Origin: Planctomycetota bacterium
GTDB taxonomy: Bacteria > Planctomycetota > SZUA-567 > H5-PLA8
Direction: 5' to 3'
Length of the DNA stretch: 64,000 bases
Assembly: GCA_038227875.1 (NCBI GenBank)
Contig: JBBRPR010000037.1
Span: forward strand, 20,502 to 84,501
Notes under the pieces: model-generated
What the model saw: only the letters and a program-made list of their open reading frames with translations
Told to the model about the DNA's origin: nothing
The model's database searches: none
Program-made: the position numbers and the translations under genes
Shown: one piece after another, positions 18,394 through 29,334 of the stretch
How the letters are laid out: each line of letters begins with the position of its first letter
Numbering within the stretch: position 1 is the first letter of the stretch

Positions 18394-19002
18394 ATGGCAT
18401 TGGTCACCGTCACCAGCAGCGGCGCGGAGCCGCGATCCTACGAAATCAACAAACCCCGCATCGTCTTCGGACGCGATTCGAACAATTCCGACGTCCATCT
18501 CGACAATCTGGCCATCTCCAAGAACCACTGCGAAATCGTCAAAGACGACCAGGGCTACCTGCTGCGCGATCTGAAAAGCTCCAACAAGACCTATGTGAAC
18601 GGGAAGGAAATCCAGGAGCACCGTCTCTCCAACGGCGACGAGATCGTCGTCGGAAATTTCAAGATGACGTTCTCCGGCGCCGTCGCCGTTGAGTCGCGCC
18701 CCAAGCCCGTGGCTGAGGATTCTTTTGAACCGACGCTCCAGCTTCCGCCGGAAATGATCCGCAAGAAGATGGAGGAAATGCAGCGCGAGAAGGAGCAGGG
18801 CGTCTCCGCCACCCGCGCCGCCGCCGCGACCACCGCCAAGCGCCCGACCGCGTCGAGCTCCCAGGACAATCACCCCGCGACCAGCCAGAACGCGCAGTCC
18901 GGATCGGGATCCGGCAATTCCAACATGGCCGTGATCATCGTCGTCGGCGCGATCATCGCCGTGATTGTGGTCAACGTGATCATCGCGCTGAGGCAGCACT
19001 AA
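18394..19002 (+). CDS. FHA-domain protein with C-terminal TM anchor
   Basis: FGRD, ISKNHCEI, LRDLKSSNKTYVNG; AGGAG RBS; hydrophobic C-terminus. Confidence 0.88.
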   Translation: MALVTVTSSGAEPRSYEINKPRIVFGRDSNNSDVHLDNLAISKNHCEIVKDDQGYLLRDLKSSNKTYVNGKEIQEHRLSNGDEIVVGNFKMTFSGAVAVESRPKPVAEDSFEPTLQLPPEMIRKKMEEMQREKEQGVSATRAAAATTAKRPTASSSQDNHPATSQNAQSGSGSGNSNMAVIIVVGAIIAVIVVNVIIALRQH

Positions 19003-19290
19003 CTTCAACGGCAACGGATGGCATCGGAGATCGGGCATCGGGCATCGGTTAATAAGGGTGCTCGGCGCTTTAACCTCATGCCGGTGCGAGTGGAGTTCGA
19101 TTTCAAATATGAGAAAGCGAACCCCGCTCGCAGATCATTATTCTGCATACAGAATTTACCATTGACCAATTTCTAAAGCCCGAATCCACGATCCAATCCG
19201 TTCGCGACGTTTGCGTTTTTCATATTTTCCCGATACATCGCCGGTGTATGCAGTTAAACTAAATGTGGCCTATTGATCAGGTTGGCAACC

Positions 19291-20463
19291 ATGCAACTGT
19301 ACTACTGCGCAAAATGTGGATCGCGTCTTCCGAACGATGAGGCGGCGCGCGTCCAGCCGGAGGAAGAACCCGCCAACATTCTTTGCGTGGGTTGCGCGCC
19401 GCAAGTGCCGGCAGCGGACTTCAGTCACGCCGCGTCTGGTCCGAAGTTAGCCACGCACACGCCGGCCATGCCCGCGCGCGCAATTTCCGCAGCCAAAACC
19501 CGCACGACTGAATTGCGCACGCGACCGAGCACCAATACCAATGTCTCGGCCAGCAACATCAGCCGCGCCACGCGTGGCGCTCCCGTTGCGCCCGGCAAAA
19601 GCGGCCCCAATTCAGGCCAGAAAAACAACACCATGATCTACGCCGGCGTGGGCGTCGGAGCGCTGGCGATTCTGTTCGGTCTGTATCTGATTGCCGGTTC
19701 AAGCGCGAAGCCCGAGGCACACGTCGCACGTACCGACGAGACCAAGCCTGATCCTTCGAAATCAACGACTTCGCCGGCGCCGAAAAGCGACAAGCCCATC
19801 GAAACGAAAAGTACCACCAACACGCCCACAACTGCTCCTGAAGGCACGCAGTCTCCAAAGCCCATCGCCGATCCCGTCTTCTCGCCGAAAGAAGATTACG
19901 AACGCCGCGTGAAAGCAGGCTTGATCAAGACCAACGAACCCGCGACGCCAGCAACTCCAGCGACGCCCGCCACGCCGGACGCGCCCAAAGCGACGGACGC
20001 ACCGGCCACCGGTCCGCTGCCGGGGTATTCCGCCGATGACCCGAGCTGGAAGCTGATTTTCAACGGCAAGGACACCACGGGCTGGCACGATCTCAAGGGC
20101 CACTTCACGGTACAAGACGGGTGCCTGATCCACGTTGCTGGCACGGGAAACGCTTTTATCTCCACCGATGTCAATTACGGCGATTTCGATCTGAGTTTCA
20201 AAATCATGCTCATGGCAGGCGGTCGGCACGCGGAAGTGAAAGTCCGCGAGAGCAGCAGTTCGTTTTATATTGATGGCGGAGACTTCAATGTCTGGCGCGA
20301 CGTGCGCGTCTCCGCTCACGGCGGGCAGGTGCGCGCTTCCGTCAATGGCGAGCCACTCGCCTCCGCCGAAGGAGATGGCGCGGCGCTGACCGGCCCGATT
20401 CAATTTTACTGTTCCAATGTGATTCAATACAAGATCAAGGACCTGGCCATCCGCACGAAGTAA
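19291..20463 (+). CDS. Zn-ribbon + TM + DUF1080 (3-keto-disaccharide hydrolase-like) protein
   Basis: CAKC...CVGC; TM IYAGVGVGALAILFGLYLI; WKLIFNGKDTTGW, YGDFDL, GPIQF. Confidence 0.75.
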   Translation: MQLYYCAKCGSRLPNDEAARVQPEEEPANILCVGCAPQVPAADFSHAASGPKLATHTPAMPARAISAAKTRTTELRTRPSTNTNVSASNISRATRGAPVAPGKSGPNSGQKNNTMIYAGVGVGALAILFGLYLIAGSSAKPEAHVARTDETKPDPSKSTTSPAPKSDKPIETKSTTNTPTTAPEGTQSPKPIADPVFSPKEDYERRVKAGLIKTNEPATPATPATPATPDAPKATDAPATGPLPGYSADDPSWKLIFNGKDTTGWHDLKGHFTVQDGCLIHVAGTGNAFISTDVNYGDFDLSFKIMLMAGGRHAEVKVRESSSSFYIDGGDFNVWRDVRVSAHGGQVRASVNGEPLASAEGDGAALTGPIQFYCSNVIQYKIKDLAIRTK

Positions 20464-20520
20464 CCCCACCGATTTTCGCTTTCCCCGCCCCGCCCTCGTC
20501 CGTATGAATGACGCCCTGAA

Positions 20521-21555
20521 ATGACCGAGCCGAACCAGACCCCGCCGCCGCCGCGTGCCCCTGTGAACTTCGCGCCCAAACGCAAGCCGCGCGATCCGTT
20601 CGTGGACAGCCGCGCCTTCGCCGTGGCCAACGCCGCCTTCACCATTCTCAACGCGCTGCCCGCGTCGTGGGCGCGCGCCTGTGGGCGGACGCTGGGCCGC
20701 CTGTTCTGGAAATTCGACAAGCGCCACCGCGCCCGCGTGCTCCGCCAGATGAGCATCGCCTTTCGCGCCGGAAAATCCGACGATGAAAAGGCGCGTCTCT
20801 GCGCGCAGTTCTTCGAACACATCGGCCTGTCGGTGGTCGAATTCGCGCGGATGAGTCAGCTGAACGCGGAGAACATCGACCAACTCGTCGACTTCTCTGA
20901 ACTGAAAGCCTTCGACGCGCTGCTGGCGCGGAACAAAGGTTTGCTCTGCGTTCCCGCGCACCACGGCAACTGGGAGCTCTGTGGCTACTCCGTCGCGTTG
21001 AAAGGCTACAAGCTCAAGTCCGTCGCCCGGCCGCTGGACAACCCGCTGCTCAACGAATTCGTGATGAATCACCGCGAACGTTCCGGCAACGAGATCATCC
21101 AGAAGTGGAAGGCGCTCTGGAAGCTGAAGAAACTGCTCGACCGCCGCAGCATCGTGACCATGTCCGTGGATCAGAACGGCGGCGTGGCGGGATTGTTCGT
21201 GCCCTGCTTCGGCTCGCTGGCCTCGACGGTGACCTCGCCTGCCGAATTGCACCTGGCCACCAAGGTGCCGATCATTGTCACGACGCTCAACCGCAAACCC
21301 GATGGCATTCATCACGTGCTGCGCATCTGGGACGTGATCGAACATGCCTCCAGCGACGACCGCGACCGGGACATCCGCGACGTGACCACGCGCATTAACG
21401 CCGCGATCGAAAAAGCCGTCCATGCCTACCCCGAACAATGGCTCTGGTTCCATCAGCGCTGGAAGACGCGCCCCCCGGGAGAAGTGGCAGCGGCAGATGG
21501 CTTGCCACCCTTGTTAGCGGATGGCAGATCGGGCGGAACAGCGGGCAACGGTTAA
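20521..21555 (+). CDS. Lipid A late acyltransferase (LpxL/HtrB family)
   Basis: HHGNWE, ARPLDNP, DQNGG, YPEQWLWFHQRWK. Confidence 0.9.
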   Translation: MTEPNQTPPPPRAPVNFAPKRKPRDPFVDSRAFAVANAAFTILNALPASWARACGRTLGRLFWKFDKRHRARVLRQMSIAFRAGKSDDEKARLCAQFFEHIGLSVVEFARMSQLNAENIDQLVDFSELKAFDALLARNKGLLCVPAHHGNWELCGYSVALKGYKLKSVARPLDNPLLNEFVMNHRERSGNEIIQKWKALWKLKKLLDRRSIVTMSVDQNGGVAGLFVPCFGSLASTVTSPAELHLATKVPIIVTTLNRKPDGIHHVLRIWDVIEHASSDDRDRDIRDVTTRINAAIEKAVHAYPEQWLWFHQRWKTRPPGEVAAADGLPPLLADGRSGGTAGNG

Positions 21556-21686
21556 TTGGCGCTATCGGCTGCTCGAAGATCGTTCCGTTGTGAGATGGGC
21601 CTGCAATATATAGCGCCAATCGACTATCCAAAATAACCGATGCCTGAGGCCCGATCCCCGCGGCCAGTTAGTTCCCCATTCGCCAT

Positions 21687-21715
21687 TTGACATCGATTTG
21701 AAAAACGACCAAACT
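21687..21715 (+). promoter_or_regulatory. Possible sigma70 promoter of fdhA
   Basis: TTGACA-17 nt-CAAACT. Confidence 0.3.
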
Positions 21716-21775
21716 GTGCACCCTCATTTGGCAGGTTGTCTAATTATCAACATTCTTTAGAAGAGGGAGACCCCC

Positions 21776-22996
21776 ATGAAAAACCGCGGTGTTGTCTATC
21801 TCGCCCCGGGAAAAGTTGAGATTCAGGAAATCGACTTTCCCAAACTCGAACTGCCGGTTCAGAAGCGCAAGTGCGAGCACGGCGTGATCCTCAAAGTAGT
21901 CTGCACGAATATCTGCGGCTCCGATCAGCACATGGTTCGCGGACGCACGACCGCGCCGGCCGGACTGGTGCTCGGCCATGAAATCACCGGCGAAGTGCTC
22001 GAATGCGGGCGCGACGTCGAATTCGTCAAGAAGGGCGACATCGTCAGCGTTCCGTTCAACATCGCCTGCGGCCGCTGCCGCAATTGTAAAGAAGGCAAGA
22101 CGGGCATCTGCCTGAGCGTCAATCCTGCGCGTCCGGGCGCCGCGTACGGCTACGTGGACATGGGCGGCTGGGTCGGCGGACAGGCGGAGTACGTGATGGT
22201 GCCGTACGCCGACTTCAATCTGCTGCGGCTCTCCGCGTCCTCCAAGGCCGACAAGGGCCTGCCGGACAAGGGCCACGTGATGGAGAAGATCAAGGATCTC
22301 GCCCTGCTCTCCGACATTTTCCCGACCGGCTACCACGGCGCGTTCTCCGCGGGCGTCGGACCGGGATCGACGGTCTACATCGCCGGCGCAGGCCCGGTGG
22401 GTCTGGCGGCGGCCTCGGCAGCGCAGTTGCTCGGCGCGGCGGTGGTGATCGTGGGCGACCTGATTCCCGAGCGTCTGGCGCAGGCCAAGAGCTTCGGCTG
22501 CGAAATCGTCGACGTCTCCAAGAAGGCGACGGTCGGTGAACAGATCGACCAGATCCTCGGCGTTCCGGAAGTGGATTGCGCGGTAGACTGCGTCGGCTTC
22601 GAAGCGCGCGGACACGGCGGCGATGCAGGCAAGGAACAGCCCGCGAAGGTGCTCAACACGGTGATGGAAATCGTGCGCGCCGGCGGCGACATCGGCATCC
22701 CCGGACTGTATGTCACCGGCGATCCGGGCGCGGTCGACGAGGAAGCAAAGATCGGCAGCCTGCGCATCCGCATCGGACTGGGCTGGGCCAAGAGCTGCAA
22801 GTTCACCACCGGCCAGTGCCCGGTGATGCGCTACAACCGCAACCTGATGATGGCGATTCTGCACGACAAGATCAAGATCGCCAAGAACGTCAACGTGCAG
22901 ATGATCAAGCTCGACGACGCTCCGAAGGGCTACGTGGACTTCGACAAGGGCGCGGCGAAGAAGTTCATCATCGATCCGCACAAGACCGTCGCGTAA
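21776..22996 (+). CDS. fdhA: Glutathione-independent formaldehyde dehydrogenase (Zn-dependent)
   Basis: TNICGSDQHMVRGRT, GHEITGEV, CGRCRNC, LSDIFPTGYHGA, GIPGLYVTGDPG, GLGWAKS. Confidence 0.95.
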   Translation: MKNRGVVYLAPGKVEIQEIDFPKLELPVQKRKCEHGVILKVVCTNICGSDQHMVRGRTTAPAGLVLGHEITGEVLECGRDVEFVKKGDIVSVPFNIACGRCRNCKEGKTGICLSVNPARPGAAYGYVDMGGWVGGQAEYVMVPYADFNLLRLSASSKADKGLPDKGHVMEKIKDLALLSDIFPTGYHGAFSAGVGPGSTVYIAGAGPVGLAAASAAQLLGAAVVIVGDLIPERLAQAKSFGCEIVDVSKKATVGEQIDQILGVPEVDCAVDCVGFEARGHGGDAGKEQPAKVLNTVMEIVRAGGDIGIPGLYVTGDPGAVDEEAKIGSLRIRIGLGWAKSCKFTTGQCPVMRYNRNLMMAILHDKIKIAKNVNVQMIKLDDAPKGYVDFDKGAAKKFIIDPHKTVA

Positions 22997-23021
22997 CGAC
23001 TGCCACGGCGTAAGAAAGAAC

Positions 23022-23066
23022 GCGGCCCTCCGGATTCAAAAGCAGAATTCGGAGGGCCGCTCTATT
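23022..23066 (+). terminator. Hairpin after fdhA
   Basis: GCGGCCCTCCG...CGGAGGGCCGC then tctatt. Confidence 0.55.
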
Positions 23067-23132
23067 GTAATTTATCGAAACACGCTCAAGCTAAACGCGT
23101 CAAAGACGCTGTCTCGGTCTTGCGGAGAGTCC

Positions 23133-24380
23133 ATGCGAATAGTGTGCGCGCTCAGTGTCTTTGTAATCTGTATGTCCTTGGGAGCCGCAGAGACGCCGTT
23201 CGTCGTTCACGAATGGGGCGTGATGGTCCGCGGACGCACCACCCACGGCAGCCTGTTGTGCGCGCCGGATGAGTTGATCACTGGACTTCCGCCGTTTGCC
23301 CTGCTGCTCAAGAACGAGTACACGCCCAAGACCGAAAACCATGGTTGGGACAAACCCGTTCTTCATTTTTATGGTCCCGAAAATCTCGCCATCACCGTCA
23401 AGGTACTGACGCCGCAGGGCCGTCCGACCGCCTATTATCCCAAGCCCAACCTCGTGGAAAAAACAGTCCATATCACCGACGTGAAAGCCATGGACGCGTA
23501 CAGCCTGACCGACTGCGTGGGGCTCGAATGGTCCGGGACACTTAGCGCACAACCGTCGAAAAAAATACCGCAACCCTCCGCCGGCCACTGGTGGAACGAC
23601 GCGCGCCAGATTCCGAGCATGTATGTAAACACGCCCAACGGCGCCGAGCGTTTTCTGTTCTACGAAGCGACTGCGTTCCAGGAGCCCGCGATCACCGGTT
23701 CTGTGTCCGGGACGGAAATCGTGCTGAAAAACAGCCACTCCGCCGCCAGCGACCCGGTGCTGCTGATCCTCAATGATGGAACGACGCGGTATCTAACCGT
23801 CGTCAAAGCCGTCCCCGCGGGCGGCAGCGTCACCGTTAGCAAGGCCGACTTGCTGCGCACACCGGTGGACGCCGCCGCCATTCTGGACGCCGCGCGCGCT
23901 CAATGGGAATCGTTCGGCATGACGCACGATGAAGCGCCCGCCATTGTCTCGGTCTGGAAATCGGACCTGCTGAATACCGTCGGCTTTCTGTGCATCGCGC
24001 GGATGCCCGAAGAACTCTATGAAAAAATGTTTCCACTGACCATCACGCCCAACCCAGCCAGCCAGGTCCGCGCAGGCGTGATTTTCGACACGCTCTCCGG
24101 TGAGGAGGCGCGGCTGGATTGGCTTCCGCAGATCAAGGTGAAACTGGAACCGATGATCAGGAATCTCTCCGACGACGATTTCGAAGTGAGGCAACAGGCT
24201 GTCTCACAACTCATACGGATGGGCGATATCATCCTTCCCCGCATCAATGAATTGACGAAGAGCGAGAATTCCGAACTCGGTTCCAATGCCCGGGAAATCC
24301 AGAAACGCCTGCAACCCCTGATCGTGGATACGCCGCTGGAAAAAGGCGGCGCTGAAAACTCGTATATTCGACGGCGCTGA
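23133..24380 (+). CDS. Secreted hypothetical protein with C-terminal HEAT-like helix pair
   Basis: Signal peptide; VVHEWG, KPVLHFY, ERFLFYE motifs; LSDDDFEVRQQA. Confidence 0.7.
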   Translation: MRIVCALSVFVICMSLGAAETPFVVHEWGVMVRGRTTHGSLLCAPDELITGLPPFALLLKNEYTPKTENHGWDKPVLHFYGPENLAITVKVLTPQGRPTAYYPKPNLVEKTVHITDVKAMDAYSLTDCVGLEWSGTLSAQPSKKIPQPSAGHWWNDARQIPSMYVNTPNGAERFLFYEATAFQEPAITGSVSGTEIVLKNSHSAASDPVLLILNDGTTRYLTVVKAVPAGGSVTVSKADLLRTPVDAAAILDAARAQWESFGMTHDEAPAIVSVWKSDLLNTVGFLCIARMPEELYEKMFPLTITPNPASQVRAGVIFDTLSGEEARLDWLPQIKVKLEPMIRNLSDDDFEVRQQAVSQLIRMGDIILPRINELTKSENSELGSNAREIQKRLQPLIVDTPLEKGGAENSYIRRR

Positions 24381-24500
24381 TCCCGTTAAATATAACCGGA
24401 AGAACCTGCTGAAAGTTCTTTCAATATATAGCGACACGACTAACCTCGTTATTACTGCTGACCCTGACTAAATTCTGTTTCAACCTGTGCGAGCGAACCC

Positions 24501-27245
24501 GTGTCCGCAAAGCAGACCCAGCACTCCGCCGAAATTGAGGCACTGCGCTCGGAGATCGAATCGCTCCGCGCCTCGCTGGCCCGCTTTGAACTCGACTCTC
24601 CGCTTCGCCGCAAGGAAAACGATCACTGGCGCATCCTGCTGGACCAGTCGCCGGACTTCATCTCCGAAATTGATCGTGATTACCGCATCATTTACACCAA
24701 TAACCTGCTGCCGCAGTTCAAGATGGATGACGTCATTGGCAAGAGCGTGCTGGATTTCATCGATCCGGCGCACCGCGCGATTCAGAAGGAAAGCATGGAC
24801 CGCGTCTTTCGCGAAGGCGTGCAGGTCAGCGTTGAAATCGATGCCGTCGGCCCCAACGGCACACGCGCGGTCTATGTGAATGCCATGGGTCCGGCCTGGC
24901 GCAACGGGGAACTCAATTCCCTGGTGGTGGTCTCACGCAACGTCACGGAACTGAAACTGCGCGAAGAGGCACTGCGGGCTTCCGAAGAACGCTTTTCGAA
25001 AATCTTTCACTCGTCGCCGGCGGCGATGGGCATCAGCCGGATGACCGACGGCAAACTCGTCGACGCCAACGACAATATGTGCGCGCTGATGGGATACCCG
25101 CGCGACGAACAGATCGGCCGCACCGTCGTCGAATTGAACATGTGGGTCTATCCCGAAGAGCGGCAGAAAATCCTGCAACGCCTGCGCAACGGAGAAGCGA
25201 TCCGCAATGAATTGGTCTCGCTGCGCACAAAAAGCGGCGCGCAACTGACCGTGATGGTTTCCATGGTCACGCTGAACCTTCACGGCGAAGAGATGATCGT
25301 GGCGATGCTCCACGACATCACCGAGAAACACCGCGCCGAACAGGCGCTGCGCGAAAGCGAAGAGCGTTTGCGCATGGCCCTGCAGTCGGCGCAGTTGGGC
25401 ACCTGGGAATGGAACGACGACCGCAAGCAGAACATCTGGGACGAGACGATGCACGCGATCTACGGCCTGGCGCCGGGATCGTTTGAAGGCACGCGCGAAG
25501 CCTTCCTCAAGCGCGTCCATCCCGACGACCTTCAGCGCATCACCGATGCGTCGTGGCGGATGATGAAACCGCCGTACCTGTTCAACGAGGAATTTCGCAT
25601 CCTTCGCGGCGACGGAGCGGTGCGCTGGGTGACGAGCAGCAGCAAGTCGTATTGCGACGACGCCGGCAATGTGATCCGCATGCTGGGAGTTCTGAAGGAT
25701 ATCACATCGCGCAAGGAGGCCGAAGCACAGCTGGCCGAAAGCACCGAACGCCTGAAGTTCGCCCTGCGCGAAGCCAAAATGACCGCCTACACCTGGGACA
25801 TCGCAGCGGATACCCTGACTGCCGTGAATACGCTGGGCTTTCTCGACGAATCGCGCCACACACGCCAGCAGGACGTACTGGCGATCATCCATCCCGACGA
25901 CCGCGCGATGATGTTACATCGCATCAATTCGGCCGTGAACGGCCAGACCGAAAACGGTGAATACTTCTCCGAACACCGCGTGCTGCTGCCCAACGGAGAA
26001 ATCCGCTGGATGCTCGACAAGGGCCGAGTCTCCTGGAACGCGCAGGGGCGCAAAATTCTCAACGGCATCGTCACCGACATTACCGAGTCCAAGCGCCTCG
26101 AAGAACAGCTCCTGCAGGCGCAGAAAATGGAAAGCATCGGCCGGCTGGCCGGCGGCATCGCGCACGATTTCAACAACCTGCTGACGGTCGTGATGGTCTC
26201 CGTCGAATCGCTGGCCGGTGCCGCCAACGCATCGGGGCCTTCGGCGCAGCGCCATCTCCAGAACATCCGGGACAGCGCCAACCGGGCCGCCAGCCTCACC
26301 ACCCAATTGCTGGCCTTCGCGCGCAAGCAGATGATTCATCCGCGCATCGTGGACCTCAATGAGGTCGCGCGAAAAATGGAAGCGCTGCTCTGCCGGCTGA
26401 TCGGCGAGAACATCCGCCTCGTCTCAGACTACGACAACAGTCTCGGCCGCGTGCGCGTCGATCCCACCCAGATCGAACAGCTGATCATGAACCTCGCCGT
26501 TAACGCCCGCGACGCCATGCCTGCCGGTGGCGCGCTGGAACTCCGCACCCGTAACGTTGACGTCACCGCGGCCGAAGCTGAAACGCACGAAGGCGCCACC
26601 GCCGGTCCGCACATCGAACTGGCCATCGCCGATACCGGCGCGGGTATGTCCGACGACACGATGAAGCATCTGTTCGAGCCGTTCTTCACCACGAAGGAAG
26701 TGGGCCGCGGCACGGGGCTGGGTCTGGCCACCTGTTATGGCGTGGTGCGGCAGAACGGCGGCCACATCCGCGTGCAGAGTTCCCTGGGTAAGGGCACGGT
26801 TTTTTCCATCTACTTGCCACGCGCCGAAGGCCTGGTAGCTGCGCCCGCCACGCCACTTCCGGATGCGCCGCCAACCGGCAACGAAACGGTGCTGCTGGTC
26901 GAAGATGAACCGCAATTACGTACGATCAACGCCGTCCATCTGCGGCAGCTGGGCTACACCGTGCTCGAAGCCGAAGACGGCGAGCAAGCGCTGCGGGTGG
27001 CGCGGGTGGCGGGTCCGATTCACCTCTTGTTATCCGACGTAATCATGCCGCGGATGGGCGGCGAGGAACTCGCCCGTATCCTCACGCAGGAACGACCGAC
27101 TCTGCGCGTGCTCTACGTCTCCGGCTATGCTGCGAACATCGCCCGCCTGACTCCCGACGCGTCCGCGTACCTGCAAAAGCCCTTCACGCTGACGGCGCTG
27201 GCCCTGCGCATCCGCGAGATTCTGGACGCGAAGGCACCGCGTTAG
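24501..27245 (+). CDS. Multi-PAS hybrid histidine kinase (about 4 PAS, HisKA, HATPase, REC)
   Basis: VHPDD/IHPDD PAS motifs, LAGGIAHDFNNLL, NLAVNARDAMP, FEPFFTTK, GTGLGL, LLLSDVIMP. Confidence 0.93.
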   Translation: MSAKQTQHSAEIEALRSEIESLRASLARFELDSPLRRKENDHWRILLDQSPDFISEIDRDYRIIYTNNLLPQFKMDDVIGKSVLDFIDPAHRAIQKESMDRVFREGVQVSVEIDAVGPNGTRAVYVNAMGPAWRNGELNSLVVVSRNVTELKLREEALRASEERFSKIFHSSPAAMGISRMTDGKLVDANDNMCALMGYPRDEQIGRTVVELNMWVYPEERQKILQRLRNGEAIRNELVSLRTKSGAQLTVMVSMVTLNLHGEEMIVAMLHDITEKHRAEQALRESEERLRMALQSAQLGTWEWNDDRKQNIWDETMHAIYGLAPGSFEGTREAFLKRVHPDDLQRITDASWRMMKPPYLFNEEFRILRGDGAVRWVTSSSKSYCDDAGNVIRMLGVLKDITSRKEAEAQLAESTERLKFALREAKMTAYTWDIAADTLTAVNTLGFLDESRHTRQQDVLAIIHPDDRAMMLHRINSAVNGQTENGEYFSEHRVLLPNGEIRWMLDKGRVSWNAQGRKILNGIVTDITESKRLEEQLLQAQKMESIGRLAGGIAHDFNNLLTVVMVSVESLAGAANASGPSAQRHLQNIRDSANRAASLTTQLLAFARKQMIHPRIVDLNEVARKMEALLCRLIGENIRLVSDYDNSLGRVRVDPTQIEQLIMNLAVNARDAMPAGGALELRTRNVDVTAAEAETHEGATAGPHIELAIADTGAGMSDDTMKHLFEPFFTTKEVGRGTGLGLATCYGVVRQNGGHIRVQSSLGKGTVFSIYLPRAEGLVAAPATPLPDAPPTGNETVLLVEDEPQLRTINAVHLRQLGYTVLEAEDGEQALRVARVAGPIHLLLSDVIMPRMGGEELARILTQERPTLRVLYVSGYAANIARLTPDASAYLQKPFTLTALALRIREILDAKAPR

Positions 27246-27320
27246 ACATACTGCGACAGAATTAAATTTAATACGAGGTGTCCGGATTTAACCAGCGGGT
27301 AAATTTACACCCAGGTTCGC

Positions 27321-28073
27321 TCAGCTTTCGGCGGAATCCGAGGACGTCAGATCCAGGAACAGATCTTCCAGGCGATGGTGTCCCTCGCCGGAACGCTCTG
27401 TCTGCTTCTGGCGCATTTCTTCCAGCGTGCCGAGCGCCACGAGATTTCCGAAGTTGAGGATGCCGACGCGGTCGCAGACCTCCTCGGCGACCGAGAGTGT
27501 GTGCGTCGACATGAAGATCGTCACGCCTTCTTCGCGCGAGAGCGACTTGAATGTGTCCTTCACCGTGCGCGCGCTCTTGGGATCCAGCCCCACCATCGGT
27601 TCGTCGACGACCAGCAGTCGCGGCTCGTGCAGCAGCGCCGCGGCGATGACCGTGCGCTGCTTCATGCCGTGGCTGTAGCTTTCCGTGAGCTGATTCAGAA
27701 AACCACCGAGCTCAAAACGCGCGACGACTTTTTCAATCCGCGCTTCGATTCTGTCGCGCTGCATGCCGTAGAGTTCGCCGATCATGCGCAGGAATTCATA
27801 TGCCGTGAGCTTGTCGTAGAGGTACGGTTCGTCGGGCACGTAACTCATCAGCGTCCGTGCCTGCAGGCCTTGCGTGGCCAGATCGTAGCCGCCGATGCTG
27901 GCGGTCCCCGATGTCGGCCGCAGCAGTCCCGCGAGGATTTTGATCGTGGTGGTTTTGCCCGCGCCGTTGGGTCCAAGAAACGCGAAGACCTCGCCGGTTT
28001 TGACGCTCAGCGTCAGGTCGTGGACCGCAACCTTCTCTTGATAAACTTTGCGCAGGTTCCTGATTTCGATCAT
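27321..28073 (-). CDS. ABC transporter ATP-binding protein
   Basis: GPNGAGKTT, YSHGMKQR, VVDEP, STH. Confidence 0.93.
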   Translation of the reverse strand: MIEIRNLRKVYQEKVAVHDLTLSVKTGEVFAFLGPNGAGKTTTIKILAGLLRPTSGTASIGGYDLATQGLQARTLMSYVPDEPYLYDKLTAYEFLRMIGELYGMQRDRIEARIEKVVARFELGGFLNQLTESYSHGMKQRTVIAAALLHEPRLLVVDEPMVGLDPKSARTVKDTFKSLSREEGVTIFMSTHTLSVAEEVCDRVGILNFGNLVALGTLEEMRQKQTERSGEGHHRLEDLFLDLTSSDSAES

Positions 28074-28163
28074 CGTGGATAGAAGGTAGATTGCAGCGCG
28101 CGTCTGTGCAAGGCGCAAACGAAAATCGGGATTGGGGATTGGGGGTTCCCGAATCCCGCACTG

Positions 28164-29150
28164 CTAGTTCTCTCCGCTTTCATCCCCATCACTTACAGCA
28201 GGTTTACCGCGGCTGCCTCCGTTGCGGATGATGAAGACGTCGAACAATCCCAGAAATACGTACGTCTGCTTCAACACCACGCCGTCGGCCGAATACCACG
28301 CGCGCGCGGTACCGTCTTCGCTCCGCACTTCGAACACCGTCACCAGGCTCCCGCGGTGTTTGATCTGCGTCTTGCCCGTGCAGGTCACCTTCATGCTCGT
28401 CAACTTCGGCTCGGCGGCCGAACTCATGTCGATGCTGCTCAAGTCCAGCTGCACCAGATCCCAGCTGTACTTCACCTGGATGTCCTTGTTGCGCTGAAAC
28501 GGCGTCACGTCCACCATCGGCGCCGAGCGTTCCCCCACCGGCAGCCGGTCGGTGGCGTGGTATGCCTGCTTGCCATCGAAAGACACGTCCTTGGTGATGA
28601 ACATCTCCGAACCGCTGCGCAATCCCAACGCGTAGGCGTCCAGCATGTCGCCGACGCTCAACTTTGCGTTGCAGTATTCCAAGCCTTGATCGAGGCTGAA
28701 GTCGGCGCGACTTTCCATGCGGATTTTGCGGAGCGGATCGGGAATGCGCAGCTCTTCAGGAAAGACGAGATTCAAATTCGCCGTTTGTTCCACGCGCGTA
28801 AACTTGCGCTTCATGTTGGTGTCGAGTCGTCCGACGTGTGTCAGGCCGGTTTCGTCGACGCCATTCCATTCCACGTGCGGCGGCGGATCCTTCTTGGGAT
28901 GCGCGCTGCCGTTCAGGTTCGTGTCCATGCCGGAGAACGGAAGAATGTTGCTGTCGTTGATCTCAGAGGGGCGCACGTACACGTCCCAGCTCATCGCGAC
29001 GTCGCCATTGTCGTCGAAGAGATTATCCAGCGCCGCTGTGTTGGCCGTGACAATATTGTGCGAAACCTGCGGCCCGAATTTCACGTACACAAAACGCATG
29101 CAGACCAGCCAGGCGATCAGAGTCACGATCAGAATCGACCATCGCAGCAT
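28164..29150 (-). CDS. Hypothetical membrane-anchored protein
   Basis: N-terminal hydrophobic segment, beta-rich remainder; co-oriented with the ABC ATPase. Confidence 0.65.
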   Translation of the reverse strand: MLRWSILIVTLIAWLVCMRFVYVKFGPQVSHNIVTANTAALDNLFDDNGDVAMSWDVYVRPSEINDSNILPFSGMDTNLNGSAHPKKDPPPHVEWNGVDETGLTHVGRLDTNMKRKFTRVEQTANLNLVFPEELRIPDPLRKIRMESRADFSLDQGLEYCNAKLSVGDMLDAYALGLRSGSEMFITKDVSFDGKQAYHATDRLPVGERSAPMVDVTPFQRNKDIQVKYSWDLVQLDLSSIDMSSAAEPKLTSMKVTCTGKTQIKHRGSLVTVFEVRSEDGTARAWYSADGVVLKQTYVFLGLFDVFIIRNGGSRGKPAVSDGDESGEN

Positions 29151-29160
29151 GGTTTACTGC

Positions 29161-29247
29161 AGTTTTGAATTTTGAGTTTTGAGTTTTGAGTTGCGTGCGC
29201 TATCGCGGCCCACGGAACTCAAAACTAAAAACTCAACGCTCAAAACT
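29161..29247. repeat. Inverted heptamer array (AGTTTTG)n ... (CAAAACT)n
   Basis: Directly visible. Confidence 0.85.
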
Positions 29248-29334
29248 GTCCTCAATCGTGGCCCACACTTTCCCTGCAATCAGGCACTCGCCCGGTTATA
29301 GTGCCAAGGGTAGGAATTGGAAGAGGCTACTGCC

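Noticed and set aside
16859..18574. Long antisense ORFs (also 10779-11963, 13376-14986, 19762-21453, 33864-35375, 44252-45688, 54990-57041, 57122-58765)
   Set aside because: Shadow frames opposite well-supported genes, expected at high GC; no recognisable motifs
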